Below, piece by piece: positions 28,701 through 40,554 of a stretch of DNA of 64,000 nt. Every line of letters starts with the position of its first letter. Position 1 is the stretch's first letter. This DNA comes from Tubiluchus corallicola (lineage: Eukaryota > Animalia > Priapulida), in contig JAQGDQ010000762.1 of NCBI GenBank assembly GCA_030141605.1, forward strand, positions 36,464 through 100,463. The letters run 5' to 3'. Below the pieces are notes generated by a model that was not told the DNA's origin, did no database searches, and was given only the letters and a program-made list of their open reading frames with translations. A program made the position numbers and the translations under genes.

Positions 28701-31700
28701 TTTTGGCAACAGTGCAGATTCAGATTTATTAATTAGTTTAGTGAAGTATTTGATGCAACTTCTTGATTCTAAAGATTTTTTCGACGTCTAGCACATTTAA
28801 GACCCTTATCAGGACATGCTGTAGATATTTTCATTCCTCAGCAGATATTTCAAAATGAAATAATTGACAGTTGTATTCAAGAATGCTAAGAATTCTGGAA
28901 TAATAATAACACTGAAAAACATGAGTTGGTACTTTATAAAATTTTAGAGCATATAGACAATATAATCGTTTATTGGATTTCTTTACATAGTTATCTATGT
29001 GCTGAGTAGATTTTAAGTCTGACTGCAGTATAACCCCTAATAATTTCGCAAAGAATACCTTTGGTATCTCAATTTCACCTATGCACACACTTTCTGATGT
29101 TTAAGGGTTGAAAAATCAATACACAATTCTTTTGTTTTCGTACTGCTTAACAACAGTGATATTTGATTAGATGAATTTGATATTGATGTAATTTCATTTG
29201 TCTAAAAAATCTTTGTATGACCTGATATTTCTAAGAAAGCAAATTTCATAAGCACAAGAGTCATCAGCAAATTTGATAAGTATTGATTCCAGATGCTAGA
29301 ATACAGTTCATACAAATAACAAATAAGATAGCAGATACTACTTCACCTTGTGGTATTCCAGTGTTTATGTTTATAACATCAGACAAAATTTCATCATTTT
29401 TTACTTGCTGTGAATGATTTCTTAAATAGCTGCAAATCAATTTATTAACAGACCAGGGCAGTCAAGCTGACTTAGTCACTTAATGCAATAATTATGTCTG
29501 TGCAGGTTACTGTGTCAAAAGCTGAATTATAACCTATGAGGAGGCTTTTCACAGCAACATCTGAATTATCAGTACATCTTGAAGCAATGTCATACACATC
29601 ATTGATCAAAGCATCCAAAGCATCTAAACTAGATCAATTTTTCAAGTAAGTATACTGATTATCATCAAGTTTATAACTAACAGCAAGTAAGAGTTTGTCT
29701 TTTATTAACCTTTTCAGGAACCTTGCCAAGTGCTGAACATATTGTTAGAGGTAAATCTTTCAAGATTTTGCTGTTGGTACATTAGTTATAGGAATAACAT
29801 GGCTTTTTTGCAAATTGTTGGATGTACATAAAGCCGAAAGCATCTTTTATTAAACTGGTGATCGGCATCAGAGCAATGTGTCAAAACTTTATAAGATATT
29901 CCATCAGGGAAAGTAGTTTTTCATATTTAATCTTCGCAAAATGTTTCCAATTTCGATTTCGGAAACATATAGGGAATTATCCTCATTTTCTGGCATTAGC
30001 AAGGCAGTCAAAACAAAACATCATCAAAATTTTGAGTGTTATACCTGCTAAAAATGATTTACAATGTCTGACTGCTCATGCATATCAATGTCCTTTAATT
30101 CAGATATCTGACTGAAGTCAACAGATTTTCTTTCAGAATTGTTATTATTTGTTAATTCGTTAATAATTGCCCAGGCACCATGTGGAGTTTTATTTTTGGA
30201 GTTTAGCAGTGTATGTTCTGTATAATTTTGAATTTCAGCGTTCTTCATGCTTTTGAAATCCATTGAAAGTTTAGAAATAAGGTCATGATCAGTTCTAAAG
30301 GCCACATTTTTTGTTCAATCAAATGTTTCAAAGATTTTGTAAGCCACAGTTTATCCAGCCTCATATTTACATTCAGCTACTGCTTAACACAAATGCATAA
30401 ACTGTAAACAGGTAGTTAGTATTTCAGTCTTTTAATTTATGTCATCTTCACCATTTGGCAAAACATCAAAATCTGTGGCTTTAACTATCCAACGGAGTAT
30501 ATCATAATTAGTTTTTATACAAGTCTTATAAACTGCCTCAGTCGATTCAGATACTTTAGGTAGTACTGCACATTCAAAGGGATTATGGTCTGCTCTTCCA
30601 ACAGGTGATAATACAGTAGAGTAATAATTTGCTTTTTTATTTGCAAAGAGCAAGTCCAAAATTTGGTTTCCTCTTGTTGGAAAGATAACTGATTGCTTTA
30701 ACGATAGACGCTTCAACAGTTTAATGTCTTCCTGGTTATTTTAAAGTCTCCAGTAATAATAACTAAAGCATTCAGAGGTTTTGAAACTATCTTGAATTTA
30801 GCATTTACTAGGTACTTAATTAATGGACCAAGAAAGCTCTACATTTTTATATAAAAGTGCATACATGCAAAACTGACAAGCAGCGAACAAAATGTGCAAA
30901 TTGTCTTTGAAATTAACATAGTCACAACATCACTTGCTTTAATGATTGTGAAGTGAAATGTACATAGAACTATACAGCATCACTTGCTTTAATGATTGTA
31001 AAATGATTTACCAAAAATATCAATTATTTTTTTACTCTGAAAAAATGTTACTATATACCTTCTGCACAACAGTCCACCCAGGCAAAGTTTCAGTCAATGC
31101 AATGGCTTCAGCTAGCTGTAACTGGGATGTTGTTAGTGGGTTTCGCTTAGGGCCCCATTTGATGTCTGGTTGTACAACAAAGACTCGTGCACCATGGCCA
31201 GGAACCTGAAACTCTCCTTATTAGTAGCAGAGATTGTTTATTTTAGTGATATATTTTCATTTAAATTAGTAAATACTTATTGTTAAGACAAAAAATTTGA
31301 AAACACAGCCATTAATAAAAAGTCACTAATGTTAATACTGTGCAAATTTAGCAACTTTTCTGGCATATATTTGGGTGTAACTAGAGGTAAAATCATAGTG
31401 CTACAAAATAGAGAGTGCTAAATAATGGTGAGCAAAATGAAAAAAAATGAAAATGTATGATTTTGTATTCAAGCTTAGTAAATCTAACAAGGCTAAGCCT
31501 TTCTCAGCATAAAAAAACAAAAAAACATAAAAACATCGAACACCAACTTAAGAAAACAAAAAATGCCTAAAAATGTGTTACAGCATTGCATTTAAATGTG
31601 TATATAAACAAAAAGATATTAAGCAAGTGTAAGCCAGACTCACCTTGTAAATCTCTTTTATGATTTCTTGGTTTTTAAATATATCATCATCCAAGTCTGT

Positions 31701-32006
31701 TTCACTTAAGTCGCTCACTAATTCTTCTGTAGTAGGCTTTTTGCGATGTTTAAAAAGAGGTAAAAAAAGAGAAAATGATCGTTTAAACTGATGTTGGTAT
31801 ACTGACAGTGTAACATCAGATGGGTGATATGTACTCACTGTGGCTTTCTGAAATTCTCCTGCTGCACACCTGTAAATCGTTGTTTTTTCTATGCTCTGTG
31901 TATACTGTCTTGTAGCTAATCGTAACATTGACAGAGCTTTCACAACAGAAGACTGACGATAAGTGGAGAAGTCCAAAAATTGAACGCGAGATAACAAATA
32001 GTTCAT
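16775..32006 (-). CDS. GTPBP6: GTP-binding protein 6 (mitochondrial HflX-family GTPase), complete, 10 coding exons
   Basis: Exons 32006-31644, 31205-31059, 28079-27898, 27577-27488, 26537-26426, 25500-25380, 24757-24549, 22133-21985, 19744-19589 and 16910-16775. All are GT-AG with consistent phases. HflX motifs: VYDRYMMVLQIF..HAHTKEAKLQIALAE, G1 GYTNAGKTS, G2 LFATLD, G3 DTIGF, G4 NKCD, G5 ISS. Confidence 0.96.
17878..18040. repeat. Degenerate ~82-bp tandem duplication in a GTPBP6 intron
   Basis: tgt(a/g)aacagac...atttttcttggagat...gagacatagttg(c/t)agatgcaa occurs twice in succession. Confidence 0.7.
20782..21706. mobile_element. Probable non-autonomous hAT-like DNA transposon
   Basis: The left end cagtgacgtaactag...ggcgcccggtgc...cacccccc and the right end gccacccggggcgg...cccccc ggctatgctgctg resemble the GC-rich CAGTGGCGTA-type imperfect TIRs of such elements. 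The interior is AT-rich. No TSD recognised. Confidence 0.5.
28640..30900 (-). mobile_element. Decayed LINE (endonuclease to RT remnant) in GTPBP6 intron 2
   Basis: Minus-strand fragments FPTRGNQILDLLFAN (APE C-terminus), GIPQG (about 29350), KFADD (about 29265) and KLLGVILQSDLK...YYSRILSILEY, with many stops and frameshifts. Confidence 0.82.
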
Positions 32007-34559
32007 TTTTGAAATCGCGGTACAACTTCTGCTTTTACATATTTTCAGCAGTTTACCTTTATGAATATGCCCAAGTCACTGCTCCAAATTCATAATTCTG
32101 AAAAAAAAAAAAAATGTACAGTGCTTAGAGCATGGACTCTGGGGAAGTTTCCCATAAGGGAGTTTAATTATTCTTATCATGCCGCAGATCTAGGAGAATC
32201 CATTTACTATTTTTTTTTTATTATGTTAGTAGCATACATTAAAATAATGACACTAAATTTGATTAAAATTAACATTTAACAGTTACTGATGATAATAGGA
32301 ATAATGATTTACATTGTGCTATGATATAAAAGAGACACGAAGCAGCACATTAAAGGTTTTAAATGTCACTGTTAAAGTCACCTTTAAAATCATTAAATTA
32401 AAATGCTTTACAGACAAAATTTTACAGAACAGGCATTTATTTTAAAATCTAAATATTATATTAAACTAATTCGAAAATTTTTAAATTACATCAGAGAAAT
32501 TATACACTAAATATTGCACATCATTACATACATTCAAATTACAAAAGTAAGTTATCATTTTGAGTTCAATTCGAAATGTTTCTCACGAGTACTTAGATAA
32601 AGTCTGGCAAACGTGAACCTAGGCCTTTATAGCTGGGATATTTTAAAGGCTTGAGACATGAGTCAAAATGTGTAACACTGAGTAACATGTAGTAATTATA
32701 ATCATGAAATCTGCAGGGAAGACAGATAAGACAGATGGGGAAAGGGGTTTAGACAATGGTAAGGTTGGAAAAGCTGGTATCTGGCCTGAGGTAGGAACTA
32801 TAATGTGAAAATTAGAGTATCCAGGTTATTCATGTTAACTTGCAAACAAAGAGGGCTAAAGTCATAAAAGTGGAGTGCGGTGAGTGGGTCATATTTAGTT
32901 CCCGGCTCTGTGTTATAGTATTAATGGTCCTTCTTGAACGACCTTCTTCGAAGGTCCCACTCATGCAAGCCATCTGCGACTACACCTATCACATCAGACA
33001 GCATTTTAGAGGACTCCTTATGACCAGTTGAGTTGTGATTTCTGTAGGCAGATTTCTTTTATTTGCACTAACACAGTTAGCCATTTTAATAGGCTTCTAC
33101 ACTTTCTGCCACAAAACATCACAAGTTTTTTATCTTTAGCCAAGTTATGAAAAATGCTGTCATTTGCATGAACTACATCCAGACATTGGCAGTTCTTAGG
33201 ATCTGACACTTCTCCTTTGTGATTGCAAGGTCCATTCCAACATCTAGCAAATTTTTGACAGCTTCAATTAAGTTCAATTTTATATATGGGCTCACATTTT
33301 ACCTCTTGTTCGGTATGCCCATGAGCTCATTTTTTCACTCTCCTCGCCATCTGAGTCCTTCAGTAGGCTGAGAGACTGCGATGGGTCACAGGTACCCAGG
33401 GCCGGTGCTAGGAAGTGGGGGCCCAATTAGAAAACAACTTTCTGAAGTAGCACCCCCCGTAATTTTAGCTATATCAGGGTAATAGTCAGATGCTTTGCGC
33501 GGAGACACTAACTTTTGTGACTCACAGCTCCTGTGTTCAGGATTTCAGAGTATAGTAAATGAATGTTTGTTGTCAGCATGACGGTGCAGATAGCTAAAAT
33601 GCACCAATGGCTGTTTTCATTTGTGAATATATATGATTACAGTTTCTTCACTGCCAGTGAATCTTATAATCGGGTACAAGACAGGTATAAGGAATAAAGT
33701 ACCCAAGTCTCATTTTGCTACCCATTAATTTTAACGATGCTAATCCTAATTTTCCAACAGCCTTTTTCATCTAACGTCTCTTGTTTTGTTTTAATGATAA
33801 TTTTTTAGCTTTACCTTAAGCACTTCAGCTTGTTTGCTGTGCACTTTTACTCTATAAATGAGGCCCACTACTTAACATGGATCACTATATGGTTATTATG
33901 CCGGCAATAATTTGTATAACTAAACTGATGGCACGCAGTCAGACCACGATGATTCATTGCTTTCCCACATATAGAAAAAAATCTCTAGTTGAAAAAACAT
34001 TCTCATGTTACATAGTAATTGCTACATTCACCTCATTTGCATATTAGCTGTGGCAAAGACAACAATGAAAATGACCTTGACAGTGAATGTAGCTCGAAAG
34101 TAAGACAGGGACATGTTACACGTGAGGCAGTGTTGTAAGGAAGAGCTGGCTGAAAAAAGATAAAAAATCAATCCTAGATTTTCTTACAAAAAAACAAAAG
34201 GGGAAGAAAGAGAGGAAAAAATGGCTGAAGGAGAGCAACCAGAGGAGAAAGAGCCCACGTTTCAAACCTATTTTAGTTTTCACACTTTAGTTACATAATA
34301 GCATTTTAATTAAACAAATAGGTAATGTATAACCTATTTGTTTATGGTGACAGGCAAAAGTCACAGAAAAAAGTCACGGAAAAAAAATCTTAATTACTTT
34401 TGGCTAGGGTTAGGATTAGCGTTATTTTTTCCTGGATTCTAAGCAGTAAACCATATAAAGTGTTTAATTTATGAGTAAAGCATTATTGATTTTTCTCCAG
34501 CATCATAAGTAAAGGCTTTTAAATAGCCACCCTTCAATGTCCCCCTGCAAACGACTGAA

Positions 34560-35300
34560 CGTAGCCAAGCATCATTGACTTTTGCTCCTGGAATGCAACT
34601 GAATACTTTTACAGTGTTTCCTTTAGTGACATTTCATTTACCGATGCATTTTGTGAAACACATTAGTGTCGTTAAGCGAGGACTTACTCTATTGAAAGGT
34701 ATTGCAGTATTTTCAGGTAGACTATGTCAGGCCAACTCAACGGTCACGTTTAGCGGTATAACAGGGTACAAGAAGAATTTGTAAGATGGCTCTGGAAAAT
34801 AAAAGGATGCAGTGGCTATTAGTGGTGAAGCTGGTTTCTCTTCACTTGAAGAAAGAAAAGCAAAGGCTCCCCTAAAATTTTTTTTAAAAGAATTATATTT
34901 AAGAGTGAAGATTGGTTACTGAAAAGGTAGTAACGTGGTACTGACCCGCAGATTGCAATCAAAGTGGCTGCAAAGATTCAGGCATTTAGGTAAAAAATTT
35001 GGGATGCCCATGTTTTACAATATTATTGCATTGGGAAAATTAAATGAGATAAGTTTGAATAAAATTTATGACAAAGAATTGGGAGAAAAACATGGGATGC
35101 ACAATATAGACAAAGTTGTAACTGAAAATGATTAAAAATGTGAAGTGAAAAATTAAGTGAATGTTCCATGGCCAAAAAGTACAGAGGTTGTAAAAATGGT
35201 ATAGCATTTGAGCAATTGATGAGTTATACATGGGGAGCTGAACTGCTTGTTAAAGCCAGAGTCAGTGCACTAGAATGGGTAGGAAATCATTCGTATTTGC
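34560..35300 (+). mobile_element. Degenerate LINE RT C-terminal fragment
   Basis: Translatable pieces such as AISGEAGFSSLEERKAK and LLVKARVSALE resemble the post-RT region of non-LTR elements. Heavily decayed. Confidence 0.4.
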
Positions 35301-35327
35301 GACATCTGCCTTCCACAATATATATAT

Positions 35328-35409
35328 ATTACATTCTCTGCAGTTGCGATATATAAATATGTACCATTTGTGTTATATATTTATATATCGCAACTGCAGA
35401 GAATGTAAT
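35328..35409. repeat. Perfect 33-bp inverted repeat (hairpin) with a 16-nt loop
   Basis: 35328-35360 (attacattctctgcagttgcgatatataaatat) is the exact reverse complement of 35377-35409. Confidence 0.95.
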
Positions 35410-35879
35410 GTTAAGTTGAGAATTTTATGAGCAGATAAGAAATAAAGTATCCTGGCAAGGAAAAACTGATAAAGAGTGTTTGAGAGTTTGAGATGGTTGT
35501 CATTTGAAGGTGGAAAAAAAATCAAGCAGTTAGCTTATTGAAGGACATAAAGGTAAAAAGAACAAGTATCATGAAAGTTCAATTTAAACAGAAAGTATAA
35601 ACATACACGGATGAATATGTTAAGCATTGTCTAATGATAAGGCATCTGCTTTAAGTCCAATTTGCCTGCAACCTATAATTAGATATATGTTTGCGTAAAA
35701 AAATTGTTGCACATGAGCAAGTTTAAATTAGCACCAAATTTGCAGAGAATTTCACATAAATGGAAAACCACAAAATGATGACCTTCAATTTAAAAAAGAC
35801 GAGGTCATGATAACTAAAATGACTAAAAAAGAAATATCGAAGAATTAATACTGAATGTAAAAAATGGTCGAATTAAGCA

Positions 35880-36420
35880 AATATAAATAGCCATATTAGG
35901 GTATGTTGTGTGAACAAAAACATGGTCTATGGTACACAGGTTAGATTTCAAAAAATTGAAAACAGTATTACCATCTGCTAAAAAGAAACGATTGGCTAAA
36001 CAATTCCTACAGGATCAAATAAATAATAACTTTGAAGATTGTTGGTACTACGAAATTAAGCACCTTATGTTGAACTACAACGTTGACACAAATTTGGCCA
36101 CTATAAATTCAATCACTAAGTCTAGGTTAAAAAAGTATATTAAAAATAACATCAATTCGTTTATAGAAAGAGAAATACAAGTAGATCAGAAAGTTTGATG
36201 AAAATAAAGTAATAGTTTTCAAAGACACGTCTATATTGAAAAATGTTAATTAGATGAACTGAAGTAAACTATGGCTATAAGGTATAACATGGTTAAAGCA
36301 AATTTTAAAAACTCATAAGAATAACTTAAGTGTTCGTTATGTTACAGAGAAGAGGGCACTACTGACCATCTTTCTGAATGTCAAGCAATATCTGGCAATA
36401 AATGAGCCTATCAGTATAAG
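35880..36420 (+). mobile_element. LINE 3' fragment with C-terminal CCHC knuckle remnant
   Basis: ORF 35929-36198 plus downstream KCSLCYRRxGTTDHLSEC-like text (about 36325-36385), typical of the zinc knuckle at the ORF2 end of non-LTR elements. Confidence 0.5.
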
Positions 36421-36539
36421 ACATAAGTAGTTAAAGTTTATAATCAAAGACGATTAAACTGTAAAGAAGTCACTACAAAGTGAATGATCTATATACTGTG
36501 ATTTACAAGAAAAGTAAATTTGTGTAATTGATCTCGTAA

Positions 36540-37250
36540 ACTGACACTTTTTGTTGCTGTGTGTTTGCTCGCCGATTTTGGTGAAGATGATCGAGCATTT
36601 ACTGTCTACTAAGAATCTTGGATTACTAGTAGGCAGTAAACTAAATTTTAGCAGTCATATTTCTAAGAAGATTATTAAGAGTAGCAGTATTATTAGTAGT
36701 ATTGGATTATTAGTACGACCACAATTTCCAGGAGAGCTGAGATCATTCTCCCACTATACAAAACTCTTGTTCGCCCTCATTATGAATATGTCAGTCAGGT
36801 ATGGGACCCTTACTATCTCAAGGCCATCCATGCTCTCGAACAGGAACAACACGAGCTGTGGGCATGATCATAGGTCTTGAAGGATTCACATACTCTTGCT
36901 CTCAAAAACTGAAAAAAACTAAATCTGTACTGATTTTCTGCACTAACAAATAGGGGAGACTTGCTGAAATGTTCATGATTCTTAAGGGATTTACAGATGT
37001 CAGCGAAAAACAGCTTTTTACACTCAACAGAAACATTACACCTTTAAAAATGTTACATGGGCATAGCATTAAATTGTTCAAGTACATGCCTGGCTGAACG
37101 AGTACAAGTGAAAGGTACTGCCTTAGTTTTTCAGAAGATGCAGTGATAATGTGGAACTCGTTATTGGAATCACTAGTGACAGTAAATAATGTGAATAGTT
37201 TTAAACATAAACTTGATGTAGAACTCCATGCGAGAAACCTCCAATTTTAA
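36540..37250 (+). mobile_element. CR1-type LINE 3' fragment
   Basis: KNLGLLVGSKLNFSSHI, LYKTLVRPHYEYVSQVWDP, GDLAEMFMILKG, HGHSIKLFK and VNSFKHKLD read across frames. Confidence 0.8.
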
Positions 37251-38379
37251 TGCCAGTTACATAGTTGCGAGATTGGTATATTGCGAGAGCAAACCAACAA
37301 CGAATAACTACACAAAGCTGTTTTTTGCTAGCTACTCAGTGGATGAGAGATTGATGCATGAGGCGAAAATCACGGTTTACACACCACGAAGGTGAGCTGA
37401 GTATCCACGGTGGCTCAGCAGTACAACAGTCGACTCTCGTCCTGATATAAAAAGGGGATTTAGGCATCGGACAGATAGATGGAAGACAGCTACGTAACCA
37501 GTTTCAGAAGAGCCAGTGCTACTTATCACGCATAAACAGTTAGTTCAATAACTTGAGAATTCATCAGAGTAAATGTAAGCCTTTTCGACGATAAGTATGA
37601 AAATATTACTGCGCAATTCCATATGAGTGAATAGCCACTAGCCACTGCAAAGTGCGAATTGTAGAATGACGCCAGCAATATGGGATTTCTTCAAATTCGT
37701 GGCTTTGATAAGTCGTGCACTGTGTGGAAAGCGAGGGCATTGTTGATAACAATTGGTTCATAGAAATTATTACTGTGTGCATGATCATGTGATGGATCGG
37801 GTGTACATTAGCTTGCAACTGTTCGTTCGTTCACTCAAGCGCTCGATACTCACCACTTGTCTGGGCCTCAGAATCCTAAAGTGTGGACATAAACGACAGG
37901 ATTTGATTCAAATATTTTAATTACTTGTCTAGTAACAACATGGAAATCACTTACTGTGACAAACGTACCATGATGCCAGCAGAGATTCTTACTCGAGTCA
38001 ACGATGCTGTTTCAAACAGACAGGGCAGACCAAAGAAGAAAAGCAGTTATCATACAAAGTCATTCCTTATTAGTGAACGAAAAAAGCTGTCAATAATTAT
38101 ACTTTATGTCTCCAATAATGCCTAGTTTAGATCGGGGTGCAGAATATAATTAAACACAGACGTGTGTGTATACAATGCCCATGACAAAATTGTTTTTACT
38201 ATTGTATTAGATATTACTTTCCTTTAGTAAGAAGCAGGTTTCTGCCTAGACCAAAAAATCCTAAGCATGTTCGTCTGATTCTTTTGATAGAAAAAACACA
38301 AAACAAAGATAATATGAACACATAAAAAATACCCGTGTAAGAATTATGTCGATGTTGATCTAGTGTTGGTAAACAACCA

Positions 38380-39640
38380 TGCACTGGATCTATTGTAAGC
38401 ATTGTGTGTTAAAAACTTGGGGTAAAATGATGTTCTATCAGGCTACATGGTACAAACGGCACCATTATAGTGTGCGGAGGTATCATCTGAATAAAATTTC
38501 ATCATTTTCCTGTAATTACAACCATTGGGGTTTATGTTGACCAAACTTTAAATATGGCGTTCAGGATAAATTAAGGCTTGTTATATAATAAATTCTGAAT
38601 ATTTTAATCGAGTGAGCAGGCCTAAGAAGAATTACAATATACATCTTGACAACGATAACTGAAACCTGTTTAGCATACTGGTGTATCATTGAGCAAATAT
38701 TTATTAGTAATTAAAATTAACTATTTTGCTTAGTCAAAAGGTTGTATCATCATTTATGCGATTATGCAAAATTAGGAAAAAATATGACTGAGGCAGCTTA
38801 CAATGCTACAAATTCATCAGTACATACTGTCTTTGCTAAAAATGATGTAAATTATGCATATGCAAATGATACTTACAAAAGGAAAATCGAGGTGAGGCAT
38901 TTAACTGTACTAGCTGATCAGCATTGCAAGCGTATAAGATTATGTTTGGGAAACAGCCAGTATTAAAAGTTTTAACAACACACCATGCATTACAAAAACA
39001 AATAGTATGTAATAAATGTATACGAAATGGCAAAACAACAATGTGAAGGGGATATGGCAGAAAATAAACTGGAAAGGTTGGTTAAATGTGAATGACTCAG
39101 TTTGTAGAAAAGATGTCATTGTCTTTAAAAAGGTGCATATGTCTTGCGAAAAATTGTTTCAGTCTGCATTGCCTAAGTCTAAGTCTATAAGTTAAATTGT
39201 ATGACATTATTTTGTACGAACTTTTAAAACTGTTGTTTAAGACTTGTTCTAGACAATCTGGTTTTCAATGCATGTCGTAGCTGAGTGGGACATGTATTAT
39301 TGTTGAGAATTATAATTGCATTGGTAAAAAGAGTCAATGTTACTTTTTGTTGCCTATCTCTATTTTAGTGCAATATATGACCGCGTAAAGAGATGCATGG
39401 TCATTATTTATACAGAAAATATTTTTTGTGACAAAACAGCTTCAGATCCTCTTGTTTCAAGTGCTGGCACATGACAGAGTGCCCTGTCGTGTTCATTAAA
39501 TAGCTTACATAAATAATTTAATAATGTTATAATCATGATTATATTTGATCCTGAATATTTGACTAAAATGATACATATTTTCAATCATGCTGATGACACT
39601 ACTGTTCTTGCAACATAAAGGGAATTAAATGTATACAGAA
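38380..39640 (+). mobile_element. Highly decayed L2-like LINE RT fragments
   Basis: LGFMLTK/GVYVDQTL-like text near 38525 and HADDTTVL (YADD motif variant) at about 39585. Confidence 0.4.
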
Positions 39641-40554
39641 ATTAGCATTGTCGAAAATTAGTGTGACACAAATAACATAATTTATTGTTGTAACCGGTAA
39701 AGTGTCATTTCCTGTGTTTTAACCCTGTCGACGAGTCTGATTATAGCTTTCTAGAATTGTACATGGCATTATGAGCAGTCACATATCTGTGGTCTAGAAT
39801 ATGAGACAATGTATCTCTGATATAACTGAAGAATTTAAGTTCGAGTGGTACCATTGTACAAAAATAATATTCATTTTACAATTCAGTTCGATGCACACCC
39901 CTGGTAGGAAGTCGTACAAAGGTCGTATACAATCATATCATTAAAGACGGTGTTTTTAGGCTCTCAGACAAATCGCAAGTAATGTTGTAAAAGTCGTGGC
40001 TAAAAACTGCAACGTGTGACAGGGGCCGACCTTTTTGTGTTTATTTTAGTTTCGGTACTGATTTCTAGCGACTAGTGAGTGCTGAATACTGACTAGTAGT
40101 TGTAAACATTGAATTCGAACGAGTTTTTAAAGTTTGAATTCGATTCGTACCTAGAATTATAAATTTGGATAATTTAGCACTTCATCCACATACGCTCTTT
40201 ATCATTAAAATCTTTGAAACATATGCAATTAGCACAATTCAGCTGCAGTTTCTGTGCAAAATTTTTAGCAAACTAATTATGGTCTTGCTGCAGAACAAAA
40301 TCAACTAATATGCATGATCGTTGTAAGGCCACTTTTTACTAGTGATTCGAAAACTTGTTCAAAAATCTTTCAAACTCAATTCGAATTCGAAAGTCGCAAA
40401 TTTGATTCAATACTCGCTGTCTGGTAGAGAATACATCCTCTACTGATTAGTAAGTACTGAGTAGTGACTAGTCGTTCAGTGTAACGGCAAGAGCATGGAA
40501 GATTCACGGGACAGTTACGATGCGTCCTGAAAATGAGATTTTGTGTCTGCTACT

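Noticed and set aside
32350-32387. Short ttaaagg...cctttaa inverted repeat as a Kolobok element
   Set aside because: Too short and AT-rich to distinguish from chance.
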